Positions 16,491 to 25,045 of a DNA stretch of 25,045 bases are shown here, piece by piece. Under the pieces are notes generated by a model, which was not told the origin of the DNA, ran no database searches, and saw nothing but the letters and a program-made list of their open reading frames with translations. A program made the position numbers and the translations under genes. The first letter of the stretch is position 1, and each line of letters begins with the position of its first letter. Source of the DNA: Nitrospirae bacterium MYbin3 (GTDB lineage: Bacteria; Nitrospirota; Thermodesulfovibrionia; Thermodesulfovibrionales; Dissulfurispiraceae); assembly GCA_002753335.1 (NCBI GenBank), contig PEAD01000010.1, forward strand, positions 62,001 through 87,045. The letters are read 5' to 3'.

Positions 16491-17562
16491 ATATAGGTTC
16501 CATATCCCGCATATAGGATTTTATGTTGTCTTTGCTTGACACTGATTTGTGCTCATAAAATTCCTTATACCATCCAACCGTCATTGATATCGCTTTTTTT
16601 ATCCCCCAAACCGGCTTCCAGCCAAGCCTTGTGTATGCCTTGGAGCAATCCAGTTTTAGCAAACTTGTTTCATGAAACTCGGCAGCATTTTTTGAAGCTT
16701 CGTATTTCACCTTATTCCATTCCAAAGCAACCTTTTCTACAACACTTTCTACATCTATACTCCCTTCATCATAGGGGCCAAAATTCCATGCCCCGGCAAA
16801 TTCTTTTTTCCCTTCAAACAGTCTTTGCGCCAGCATCATATACCCTGAAAGAGGTTCAAGGACATGCTGCCACGGCCTCGTTGACCTTGGACTCCTGATG
16901 ATTACAGTTTCATTTTTATTGGCCGATTTCATAATGTCTGGTATCAGTCTGTCAACAGCCCAGTCGCCCCCGCCAATTACGTTTCCTGCCCGAGTGCTCG
17001 CTAAAAGAACTTTATGGGACTTGCCGTATTCATCCAAATTAAAATAAGAAACCCTGTATGAATTTGTTATAAGTTCTGCGCAGGCCTTAGATACGCTGTA
17101 GGGATCATGTCCACCAAGCTCGTCAGTCTCTCTGTATCCGCAGACCCATCCTTTATTCTCATAGCATTTATCGCTCGTTATATTTACTATTGCTCTAACA
17201 TCTCCGGTAAAGCGACATGCCTCGAAAATATTTATTGTGCCCATAATGTTGGTCTCAAGGGTTTCTACCGGATTATTGTAGGAATACCTCACTATAGGCT
17301 GTGCTGCCAGATGAAAAATTATTTCGGGCTTATGTTCCTTGAAAACAGAAATCAGCTTATCCTTGTCTCTGGTATCGCCGACAATTGATGTAATATCCAT
17401 TTGCAGCAATGCATAATGGTTGGGGATTGTCGGAGGCTCTTTGGAATAGCCTACAACATTCGCTCCAAGCTCTTTAAGCCATAAACAAAGCCATGAGCCC
17501 TTAAAGCCGGTGTGGCCGGTAACTATGACATTTTTGTCTTTCCAAAAGTTTTTATCGATCAT
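16477..17562 (-). CDS. rfbG: CDP-glucose 4,6-dehydratase
   Basis: FWKDKNVIVTGHTGFKGSWL, HLAAQPIVRYSY, TSDKCYEN, DPYSVSK, RAGNVIGGGDWA, RPWQHVLEPLSGY. ATG at 17562 has GGAG upstream; ORF open to 17577. Confidence 0.96.
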   Translation of the reverse strand: MIDKNFWKDKNVIVTGHTGFKGSWLCLWLKELGANVVGYSKEPPTIPNHYALLQMDITSIVGDTRDKDKLISVFKEHKPEIIFHLAAQPIVRYSYNNPVETLETNIMGTINIFEACRFTGDVRAIVNITSDKCYENKGWVCGYRETDELGGHDPYSVSKACAELITNSYRVSYFNLDEYGKSHKVLLASTRAGNVIGGGDWAVDRLIPDIMKSANKNETVIIRSPRSTRPWQHVLEPLSGYMMLAQRLFEGKKEFAGAWNFGPYDEGSIDVESVVEKVALEWNKVKYEASKNAAEFHETSLLKLDCSKAYTRLGWKPVWGIKKAISMTVGWYKEFYEHKSVSSKDNIKSYMRDMEPIYDCR

Positions 17563-17599
17563 GCATGCAATCTCCAAACTGCGCTATCTTAACATTAAC

Positions 17600-19156
17600 T
17601 TAAGTTCTCACAGAATTGTATACGACTCTTCTTAATGTCTTCAACTCCAGACCTGTCTTCTTTAAAACCGCATCGAATATTTCGATATCGTCGCGCTCAA
17701 AGCTTCCGGTATAAAGAAGCGCGGCAAAATATCCGCTGATGTATGCCGTTAAATAAAATGGCATCATCCAGAAATAAAGAGGCAGGCTCTTTGCAACCAA
17801 ATAAACGACCACCCCGACCAATACGGCCGCTATAATAGGCTTTATGTACTGGATCGTAAACGGATGTGTCCGGCTGGTCCTATACAGCAGCAGCAAAACA
17901 ACAAGGTTTGACGCAATATATGAAATTATCGTTGCAACAGCGGCTCCTGCGCTGCCCATGCCGAAATGCTTTATTAGTATATAGTTGAGGATTATATTTA
18001 ACGCCGCAGCTGCCGCAGAAACCTTCATCAGCATGCCAGGCTTTCCGATCACCAGCATAAGCACCCCGGTAGTTCCCATCATAGCGCTGAACAAAAACCC
18101 GGCAGATAAAATTCGCAGCGACAAGGCAGAATCCGCATAATTCGTACCGAACAAAAAAGATACCGTCATCTCGGGGAAAAAGAACAATACAAAAAATATC
18201 GGGAAGGTGGCCGAAAATAGCCATTTGGTCAAAACCTGATATGTCCTATTTAAATCCTTATGCTCATTCCTCGAATAAAGCTCTCCTGCAATCGGCAAAA
18301 AGGCAAATTCCATCGCATTTATAGGGAAAAGCAATAATTTTGCAAGAGACATGCTTACGTTATAAATGCCCACCTCCTCGGCAGGTTCATATCTTCCGAG
18401 TATCAAGGTATCGCCCCATAACATAATGATTCCGAGCATATTAAGTATAAGCAGATTAACGGCAAATTTTATAAAATCCCTTCCGGTTTCTGTATTAATA
18501 TCAGCATCGACAACAGTCTGATGGACTCTTCTGAAATAATAAATCCCGATTAAGAGCGCAGCCAGGATCATTGCTCCGGTAAAAGCCCAGACAATGTTCA
18601 GAAGGGAGAATTTTAGAAAAACAAATGACAACAAAAAAACAAGAAATACAAGCGGTTGGCCTATATCGAGAAGCAGCACTTTAGGATAAATAATATTATA
18701 GCCCCTTAAGATACCGATGAAGATATTAGCCATGACAGATGAAAAAACAAACAAGGATATTATTACCAAAAACGAAGCTATATCGGGTTTGTAAAATATG
18801 TGTTTTGATATGAGATCCGAAAAAATTATCAAACCAAAAGCCGCAATTATGCCGGACAGCAACCCTGACTTCAGGGCAAACCCCGATATGAACGCAGCTC
18901 TTTTTTTATCATCTTTGCCGAAGCATATGGATATATATCTTGGAACTGCTTCATGTATGCCGAGCAATGCAACGGCAGAAACAAGGCCACCTATCGCTAT
19001 CAAAATAGAATAAACACCGAACTCCTCTTTTGTAAGGTTCCTTACAATAATAAGACGGGTAACAAACCATATCAGAATACTTAAGATTGAACCTATAAAG
19101 ACGAGCGTAGAGCCTTTGATAGCCCTTCTTAATGAAGATTTAACCGTATCGGACAT
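17600..19156 (-). CDS. Oligosaccharide flippase (Wzx/MOP superfamily)
   Basis: 518 aa with about 12-14 hydrophobic segments; motifs LTKEEFGVYS, DTLILG...VGIYN, LNIILNYILI..FG..GAAVAT. Confidence 0.9.
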   Translation of the reverse strand: MSDTVKSSLRRAIKGSTLVFIGSILSILIWFVTRLIIVRNLTKEEFGVYSILIAIGGLVSAVALLGIHEAVPRYISICFGKDDKKRAAFISGFALKSGLLSGIIAAFGLIIFSDLISKHIFYKPDIASFLVIISLFVFSSVMANIFIGILRGYNIIYPKVLLLDIGQPLVFLVFLLSFVFLKFSLLNIVWAFTGAMILAALLIGIYYFRRVHQTVVDADINTETGRDFIKFAVNLLILNMLGIIMLWGDTLILGRYEPAEEVGIYNVSMSLAKLLLFPINAMEFAFLPIAGELYSRNEHKDLNRTYQVLTKWLFSATFPIFFVLFFFPEMTVSFLFGTNYADSALSLRILSAGFLFSAMMGTTGVLMLVIGKPGMLMKVSAAAAALNIILNYILIKHFGMGSAGAAVATIISYIASNLVVLLLLYRTSRTHPFTIQYIKPIIAAVLVGVVVYLVAKSLPLYFWMMPFYLTAYISGYFAALLYTGSFERDDIEIFDAVLKKTGLELKTLRRVVYNSVRT

Positions 19157-19171
19157 ATTTATAATCCGGTT

Positions 19172-19876
19172 TTATTTACCAAAGATCAGCTTGAACGGCA
19201 ATAATACAGCCTCTCTCACTATCTTCCTGCTCATCTTTGAGCTGCCTTCGCCACGTTCGTAGAATATTATCGGTATCTCGGCAATATTAGTTCCTGACTT
19301 ATGTATCCTATAGACCATCTCTATCTGAAAGGCATAGCCGTTGGACTTCACCAAATCGAGATTCAGCTCTTTAAGAGCTTTCCTTGTATAGCAACGGTAG
19401 CCGCTCGTCAGGTCGGTAAACTGTGTCAGCCCGAGAAGCGCCGACGCATAAGCATTGCCGAACTTTGAAAGCAGGAGCCGCTTGAAATCCCAGCCTACAA
19501 CGCTTATCGTATTCTGCATATAGCGCGAACCAACAACAAGGTCATAGCCTTCTTTGCACTTATCTATAAAATTAGGAATCTCTGAAGGGTCATGAGAAAG
19601 ATCGGCATCTATCTCGAAAAAAAGCCCGTACCCCCTGTCCAGCCCCCATTTGAAACCATTGACATACGCTGTTCCAAGCCCCATTTTACTGTCGCGCCTG
19701 ATAAAGAAAACCCTTCCGCTTTTAACAATCCATGACTCGACCTTCTCGAAAGTCCCATCTGTAGAGTTGTCATCCACAACAAGAATATCAAGATAATCAT
19801 ATGCCAGCAGCCTCTCTATGATTCTGTCAACATTTTCGGCCTCATTATAGGTCGGCAAAATAACAAGAACTCTCAT
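19172..19876 (-). CDS. Polyprenol-phosphate mannose synthase-like GT2 (DPM1/Ppm1-like)
   Basis: VILPTYNEAEN, VVDDNSTDGT, KMGLGTAY, EIDADLSHDP, VVGSRY, DLTSGYRCY, SNGYAFQIEM, EIPIIFYER..GSSKMS. Confidence 0.92.
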   Translation of the reverse strand: MRVLVILPTYNEAENVDRIIERLLAYDYLDILVVDDNSTDGTFEKVESWIVKSGRVFFIRRDSKMGLGTAYVNGFKWGLDRGYGLFFEIDADLSHDPSEIPNFIDKCKEGYDLVVGSRYMQNTISVVGWDFKRLLLSKFGNAYASALLGLTQFTDLTSGYRCYTRKALKELNLDLVKSNGYAFQIEMVYRIHKSGTNIAEIPIIFYERGEGSSKMSRKIVREAVLLPFKLIFGK

Positions 19877-20964
19877 TTAAACTCCACCCGGTTTTTATCG
19901 ATCTGATTCACAAGCAAACCCTCCATAGCTTTAGCGCTTTCGGCCCATGAGAATTTTTTTGCATGATTTATCGCATTAATAGAAACCCTGCACAGCAATT
20001 TTTTATCAGTCAACAATGCAGAAATCTTTTCCGCAAGCGCCGCAATATCTCCGCGAGAAACAAGAAATCCGGTCTCTCCGTCTATAACAGAATCTCTTAG
20101 GCCTTCGACATTATAGCCTACAACGGGGGTTCCGGCCATATTAGCCTCTATCACCACCTGCCCCCATCCCTCACGAATGCTTGGAACTATAAGCAACGAT
20201 GCCTTTCTCAGCAACTCGTATTTGAGCTCTCCGGTCACATAGCCTAAAAATTGCAGATCTTTTACATCTTTGTATTTAGATTCAAGCCTCTGCCTTTCCT
20301 CTCCGTTCCCGGCCACATACATTGCAAGCTCAGGCTTTTTCTGTTTAGCCAGAAGAAACGCCTTTATCGCCTGCTCCGGATTTTTAGTCTTAGTCAGTCT
20401 TCCCAGATACATGACAACAGGCTCAAAAATTTCTTTAGGGGAGAAATCTATCTGCGCTGCCCCGTTCGGAACTATCGCTATTTCCTTGCCCTCAAAACCA
20501 TTAGCAATGAGATCTGCCTTAGTTGATTCCGAGACCGCAACCACAAGCTTTGCCTTGTAAAGCCTCAGCATGAAAAGCTCTACCGCCTTGAAAATATGCC
20601 CCACAGCTCCCATCTGGGCGCACCAAAAATCCCGGTACAGCTGGTGTATAAGCATTATGGAATTCTTAAATCCAACAGTCATAAAACCGATGCCGTTGAA
20701 CTGGTCTATAATCAGGTCATATTTTCCCCTCTCCCGCAGTGCAAAAAGAAAACCGCTGACATGCGTAGTCAGTTCAGAGCCTCCTCTTATGTAACAAATG
20801 CGGTCAATAGTTTCTTTACGCTCTGAGCCTTTGAAATATGCCGAAAAGTGCGTTATTTGATATTTATCCGCAAGCCGTTTAAATATCTCGTGCGTATAAA
20901 TCTCGGCTCCGCCAGAATCAGGGTTTCTGATATCACGCCTGTTGAGGATAAGTATTTCCTTCAA
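19873..20964 (-). CDS. Glycosyltransferase family 4
   Basis: RDIRNPDSGGAE, YLGRL..TK, PSIREGWGQVVIEANMAGTPVV (EX7E), DGETGFLV. Confidence 0.93.
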   Translation of the reverse strand: MKEILILNRRDIRNPDSGGAEIYTHEIFKRLADKYQITHFSAYFKGSERKETIDRICYIRGGSELTTHVSGFLFALRERGKYDLIIDQFNGIGFMTVGFKNSIMLIHQLYRDFWCAQMGAVGHIFKAVELFMLRLYKAKLVVAVSESTKADLIANGFEGKEIAIVPNGAAQIDFSPKEIFEPVVMYLGRLTKTKNPEQAIKAFLLAKQKKPELAMYVAGNGEERQRLESKYKDVKDLQFLGYVTGELKYELLRKASLLIVPSIREGWGQVVIEANMAGTPVVGYNVEGLRDSVIDGETGFLVSRGDIAALAEKISALLTDKKLLCRVSINAINHAKKFSWAESAKAMEGLLVNQIDKNRVEFK

Positions 20965-20965
20965 T

Positions 20966-21943
20966 TTATAATCCCTTTAAACTGTCTTTTACCGCCAAAA
21001 CCTCGATCGTACCGCCCCGCTTAAAAAAATAGGCTTCAATTAGAGATAATGCAAAAGATAGAGGGATGTAAACGGGCAACAAGAGCAGTGTAAAAAATAC
21101 CTCAAAAAGCGAGGCCTTGCTGCAATCATTCGCATATGAGGAGGAACTCTTAAGAAATAAATAAACTGCATTAACACTCCTGAAAGACCTATTTAACAGT
21201 GTTTGCAGCCAGCCGTATGGGTTATATTCCATATTGAAATGATTAACACTAATTATTCTGAAAGAATTGTCTGTGAGCAATTTGCAGAGCCCTTTAGGGG
21301 TAAAATGATTGAGGTGGTACGGCGGATCCAGATGAAACCACCAGCGCTTGCCAAAAACAGCCTGCAGACTCAAAATATTCGGCACAGCCATATAAATATA
21401 GCCGTCCTCACGAAGCAAATTTAGGCATCTTCTAATAATGGCTAACGGATCGTGCATATGCTCCAAAACATGGTTTACTGTTATAACATCAAAGCTATTT
21501 GCAGGAAAATCTAACCTGCCGGTCTTATCACTCACAACCTTAATGTTATAAATGCTTGATACGCATTTAGCAGTGACATTATCAAATTCTGTTCCTACAA
21601 CATCCCATCCGTCTTGCGCCATGATATGAAGAAAAAGCCCTCTGCCGCATCCAATATCAAGTATTCTGCCTTTTTTTATGAACCGCTCTATAACATTTTT
21701 CCTGCGAATTCTGAATAAACGGATAATATATTCGACCAGAGGATTAAAGCGTTTTCCTACGTCAGACCTATATTCTGCATATAGCACTGACAACTCCTCC
21801 TGACCAAGTGTAGGAACCGTAATGCCCATCTTGCAAAGATCGCAAAAATACACTTCAAATATCTTTCCGAGCCTATGTATATCTCCAAAAAGTTTTGCAG
21901 TTAAAGGTTTTTGGCAGATGCTGCAAACAACTGTATCGGTCAT
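20966..21943 (-). CDS. Class I SAM-dependent methyltransferase with N-terminal Cys4 putative Zn site
   Basis: CSIC...CDLC; ILDIGCGRGLFL; FDVITVNHVLEH; AVPN; PYHLNHF. Confidence 0.88.
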   Translation of the reverse strand: MTDTVVCSICQKPLTAKLFGDIHRLGKIFEVYFCDLCKMGITVPTLGQEELSVLYAEYRSDVGKRFNPLVEYIIRLFRIRRKNVIERFIKKGRILDIGCGRGLFLHIMAQDGWDVVGTEFDNVTAKCVSSIYNIKVVSDKTGRLDFPANSFDVITVNHVLEHMHDPLAIIRRCLNLLREDGYIYMAVPNILSLQAVFGKRWWFHLDPPYHLNHFTPKGLCKLLTDNSFRIISVNHFNMEYNPYGWLQTLLNRSFRSVNAVYLFLKSSSSYANDCSKASLFEVFFTLLLLPVYIPLSFALSLIEAYFFKRGGTIEVLAVKDSLKGL

Positions 21944-21972
21944 ATAGCTCGGGAAGTTAAAAAACGCATGGA

Positions 21973-23958
21973 TTACTTTGGGCTCTTGCCAACAAGAATA
22001 TTATCTAACGCTTCGAGGTGCTTTTTAACCTCATATTCCGACAGTTTCTTGTTATTGGGATCTGCAGCCATTGCATCATTAAAGGCCTTTTTAGCATTGT
22101 CAAACTGTTTATCGCTTTCATAAGACAAGCCACGCTTTATCAGAGCCTCAACAAAATTATCGAGGGCCGGAGCATACTCTGGTTTCAATTTCAATGTGAT
22201 CCAAAATTTTTCTACCGCCTCTGAAATCCTTCCCTGTGCCATATAGGCAAGACCAAGACTATGGTGAGTCAAATAAAATACTGGGTTAATCTTTAATGAA
22301 TTGTTAAGCTCAATAATCGCTTTCTCAGGTTGTTTGTCATTTATATATGCAATACTCAAGTTGTTAATTATTGTATTATTAAAAGGATAAATCTTAAGAG
22401 CGGCTTTAAATGACTCTATTGCTTCGCCGTATCTCCCTGTCTTTTGATATATTATTCCAAGTGAATTATAAAGGTGTATGGAATCAGGACTTGTCCTATA
22501 TGCATTTATTTTCAGTTCGTTTATAGCGTCCTCACTCCTGCCGGTATCCGCATAGGCCATCGCAAGCCCATTATAAGCATCAAATGATTTTTTATAATAT
22601 TGCTCCCCCCTCTCCCTAAGCATTTTTGTCGTATATTCCCACAATACAACCGAGTCTTTCCAAACCGCAACCTGTTTTATCGTCAAAAAAGAGAACAACA
22701 CAAAGACAAAAATGACACAAACAAATAAGCCAGCAATAATCAGTGTCTTTTTAGCGGGATACTTAAAGCAAATTTTATCTATACCTACAGCCAACAACAG
22801 TCCGGCTGCGAAAAAAAAACTAAGACTCGGCAGATACATATATCTGTCGGCCATTGCAGAGATGCCCACCTTGACAAAGCCTAGGACCGGTAAAAGTGTT
22901 AAGAAATAATAAAACCATACAGAAAGCCACAACTTATTCTTTTTCAAAAGAAGAACCGTAGTGAAAAAGATTACAGCAATAAATCCTGCCGTATATTGAA
23001 CCGAAATAAAAGATACATTGTCAGGAAAAGGATAGAGGGGACTTAATGAGAACGGCCATAAAACATTTAGGATATAATCGATTAAAGACTTAAAACCTAC
23101 AAGAACCCTTGCTTCCAAGGGAAAATCTGCAGTAGATTTCATCGCAAAGTTATAGCTCTGCGCCAAAATTGTAGTTATCGAAAGGTCAAAAGCAATAAGA
23201 AAAAAAGGCGCTTTCTCAAGCAAAACTCTTTTTATTGAGCCTTTATTAAATCTCTCAAATGGATACCAGTCCAGTATACAAAGAACTACAGGAAGGGTTA
23301 TGGCCATCGGCTTGCTTAAAATAGACAGAAAAAAAAGACCGATAGTCCAAAGATAATGTCTGTCTGTAAGCCATATCTTATTTTGCATGCCTGTTTCCTG
23401 CCTAGCATTGTAGGCATAACGCATATAGGACATTAGGCTAAGCAAGAAAAAAAACGAGTACAAAACATCCTTACGCTCCGACACCCATGCCACAGATTCA
23501 ACATGAATGGGATGAAGGCCAAAAAGCAGACCGGAAACAAGTCCTGCAATAAAAATGCCCTCATCAGATAACACAGGAAAACCGGGTGCAGATATCAGTT
23601 TCATGCGTCTATAATATTCGAGCAGTTGAAAACTCAATAGCGTGACAAGCAGACTATTTATACTATGCAAAATAATATTTACAAGATGGTACCCCATCGG
23701 GTTCAAGCCCCATAAGGCATAGTCAACAGCATAAGATATCCATATAAGAGGATGCCAGTTAGACATATGAAAATTAAAGAAAGCCCATTGAAAGAAATCG
23801 ATCCCCATTGAAGTTATTTTCCGGTTCTGTACAATATAAGAGTAGTCATCCCAGTTAACAAACCCATTTTTTAAAGCAGGCAAATATACTATGAAAGTTG
23901 TGACAGAAACAAAAAATAATGCAGCCAGTTTATTCTTCTTACTTAGAATACTATTCAT
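21973..23958 (-). CDS. TMTC-like GT-C fold membrane glycosyltransferase with C-terminal TPR repeats
   Basis: FVNWDDYSYI (acidic DD after TM1), WHPL, YHLVNIILH, LFGLHPIHVESVAWVSERKDVL, LSKPMA, ADRYMYLPS; multiple TM helices; TPRs such as AYNGLAMAY and LYNSLGIIYQKTGRYGEAIESFKAALKIYP. Confidence 0.88.
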   Translation of the reverse strand: MNSILSKKNKLAALFFVSVTTFIVYLPALKNGFVNWDDYSYIVQNRKITSMGIDFFQWAFFNFHMSNWHPLIWISYAVDYALWGLNPMGYHLVNIILHSINSLLVTLLSFQLLEYYRRMKLISAPGFPVLSDEGIFIAGLVSGLLFGLHPIHVESVAWVSERKDVLYSFFFLLSLMSYMRYAYNARQETGMQNKIWLTDRHYLWTIGLFFLSILSKPMAITLPVVLCILDWYPFERFNKGSIKRVLLEKAPFFLIAFDLSITTILAQSYNFAMKSTADFPLEARVLVGFKSLIDYILNVLWPFSLSPLYPFPDNVSFISVQYTAGFIAVIFFTTVLLLKKNKLWLSVWFYYFLTLLPVLGFVKVGISAMADRYMYLPSLSFFFAAGLLLAVGIDKICFKYPAKKTLIIAGLFVCVIFVFVLFSFLTIKQVAVWKDSVVLWEYTTKMLRERGEQYYKKSFDAYNGLAMAYADTGRSEDAINELKINAYRTSPDSIHLYNSLGIIYQKTGRYGEAIESFKAALKIYPFNNTIINNLSIAYINDKQPEKAIIELNNSLKINPVFYLTHHSLGLAYMAQGRISEAVEKFWITLKLKPEYAPALDNFVEALIKRGLSYESDKQFDNAKKAFNDAMAADPNNKKLSEYEVKKHLEALDNILVGKSPK

Positions 23959-25045
23959 ATTTTTTTATTAACTCCTCGGATTTCCGCAATGCGTCCCTGG
24001 CCTCAGTTGTTCTGCCGGAACGCTGTAAGGCCAAACCTAACTTGACATATGTTAATGGCAGACCTGGATTCTCAGGACCATCAGTTATTGCGGTTTTAAA
24101 CTGGATAATAGCCTCGTCCAATCTTTTCGCGGCAGCATAGAGATCCCCCAACATAATACGAGCATCAGTGTTCCGAGGTTCTATGGCCAGCGCCGTCTTA
24201 ATTTCGATCATATATTTATCCTGCATACCCTTTTGGAAATATGCCATGGCCAGGCCTATATGCATCACCCCCGATCTTTTATAATAGTCGTTTCTCTCGG
24301 GAGAACTATTTTTGATAGCATTAGCCCATAAAGTTGTCGAGTCATGCCACACGCCAATCTGTTTTACGGTCAAAAAAACTAATACAAGATTAACAGCAAC
24401 AACAAAAACAATAAAACTTGCTTTAAATATTAACACTTCCTTTCCTGTTTTTATAACTCTTTCATATATCAATGCAATACCGACACCGATTAATAAAAAA
24501 AAACTAACGCTTGGCAAATACGTATATCTGTCTGCTATTGCCTGATTGCCTACTTTTAGAAATCCAAGAACCGGAAAGAGCATTGCTAAATAATAAGTCC
24601 ATGCAGCCAGTAAACCCTTATATCTTTTGGCAACCAACAAAAACACCACTGTTATCAGAACAATAAAGATAAACGATATCAAATACGGTAAAGATGAAAA
24701 CGATACATTTTCGGGGAAAGAATACAAATTTATCAGATTGACAGGTAAAATCATCATTTTCATATAAGTTATAACAGCGTCAAACCCTACCATTATTCTA
24801 GGTGCAATAGGGAATGATTCTATAGACTTAATCGCATTACCTGACATTTGTGCTAACACAGTAGTAAAGGCCATATTCAGAGAAATAAACACAAATGGTA
24901 TTTTCTCATATACTAAAGCCTTTATCCCCGAAAAACTGTACCGCTCAAAAGGATACCAATCAAGCAATAAAAGTATCACAGGCAATGTCACTGCCATTGG
25001 CTTGCTGAACAGGGCACAGACAAAAAATAACAAACTCAACAGGTA
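23951..25045 (-). CDS. Second TMTC-like GT-C/TPR membrane glycosyltransferase, 5' part outside the window
   Basis: Frame open to the window edge (YLLSLLFF...). FSKPMAVTLPVILLLLDWYPFER, EKIPF, ADRYTYLPS and QIGVWHDSTTLW align with 21973..23958; C-terminal TPRs. Confidence 0.87.
   Translation of the reverse strand, partial: YLLSLLFFVCALFSKPMAVTLPVILLLLDWYPFERYSFSGIKALVYEKIPFVFISLNMAFTTVLAQMSGNAIKSIESFPIAPRIMVGFDAVITYMKMMILPVNLINLYSFPENVSFSSLPYLISFIFIVLITVVFLLVAKRYKGLLAAWTYYLAMLFPVLGFLKVGNQAIADRYTYLPSVSFFLLIGVGIALIYERVIKTGKEVLIFKASFIVFVVAVNLVLVFLTVKQIGVWHDSTTLWANAIKNSSPERNDYYKRSGVMHIGLAMAYFQKGMQDKYMIEIKTALAIEPRNTDARIMLGDLYAAAKRLDEAIIQFKTAITDGPENPGLPLTYVKLGLALQRSGRTTEARDALRKSEELIKKYE

Noticed and set aside
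20580..20587. GGCGGTAG on the - strand (also near 22212-22219), resembling the ops element
   Set aside because: Inside coding sequence, lacks the downstream nnTG and has no JUMPStart context; likely chance.
1333..24545. Numerous short + strand ORFs and alternate-frame - strand ORFs in the track (e.g. 2594..3103, 13519..14100, 17880..18224)
   Set aside because: They overlap well-supported minus-strand genes and show no recognisable motifs; treated as shadow ORFs.
1..25045. tRNA, rRNA, CRISPR arrays, IS elements, integrases
   Set aside because: The window is almost entirely coding with gaps under about 40 bp; no such features were seen.

Overview
The whole window is one tightly packed minus-strand operon of 22 CDS (both end genes truncated by the window edge) for cell-surface glycan biosynthesis, probably bacterial. 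In transcription order (right to left): two tandem TMTC-like GT-C/TPR membrane glycosyltransferases, a class I SAM methyltransferase, a GT4, a polyprenol-phosphate-mannose synthase-like GT2, a Wzx-type flippase, rfbG and rfbH (CDP-3,6-dideoxyhexose pathway), a NeuB-SAF-cupin fusion, a HAD phosphatase, a ThDP-dependent YerE/acetolactate-synthase-like enzyme, a gluconokinase-like kinase, a GT2, five radical SAM enzymes interleaved with a Gmm-like NUDIX hydrolase, an FkbM methyltransferase and an Fe-alcohol dehydrogenase, and an atypical SDR at 1..687 that the ORF track missed. Three things stand out. (1) The rfbG-rfbH-neuB/cupin-HAD-ThDP-kinase block may build a higher-carbon C4-branched 3,6-dideoxy sugar using a NeuB product as the ThDP donor. 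(2) Five radical SAM enzymes have no peptide precursor in view and probably tailor sugars. (3) The locus is coupled to a TMTC-type protein glycosylation module. All functions come from motif recognition; no searches were run. No RNA genes, mobile elements or CRISPR arrays were seen.
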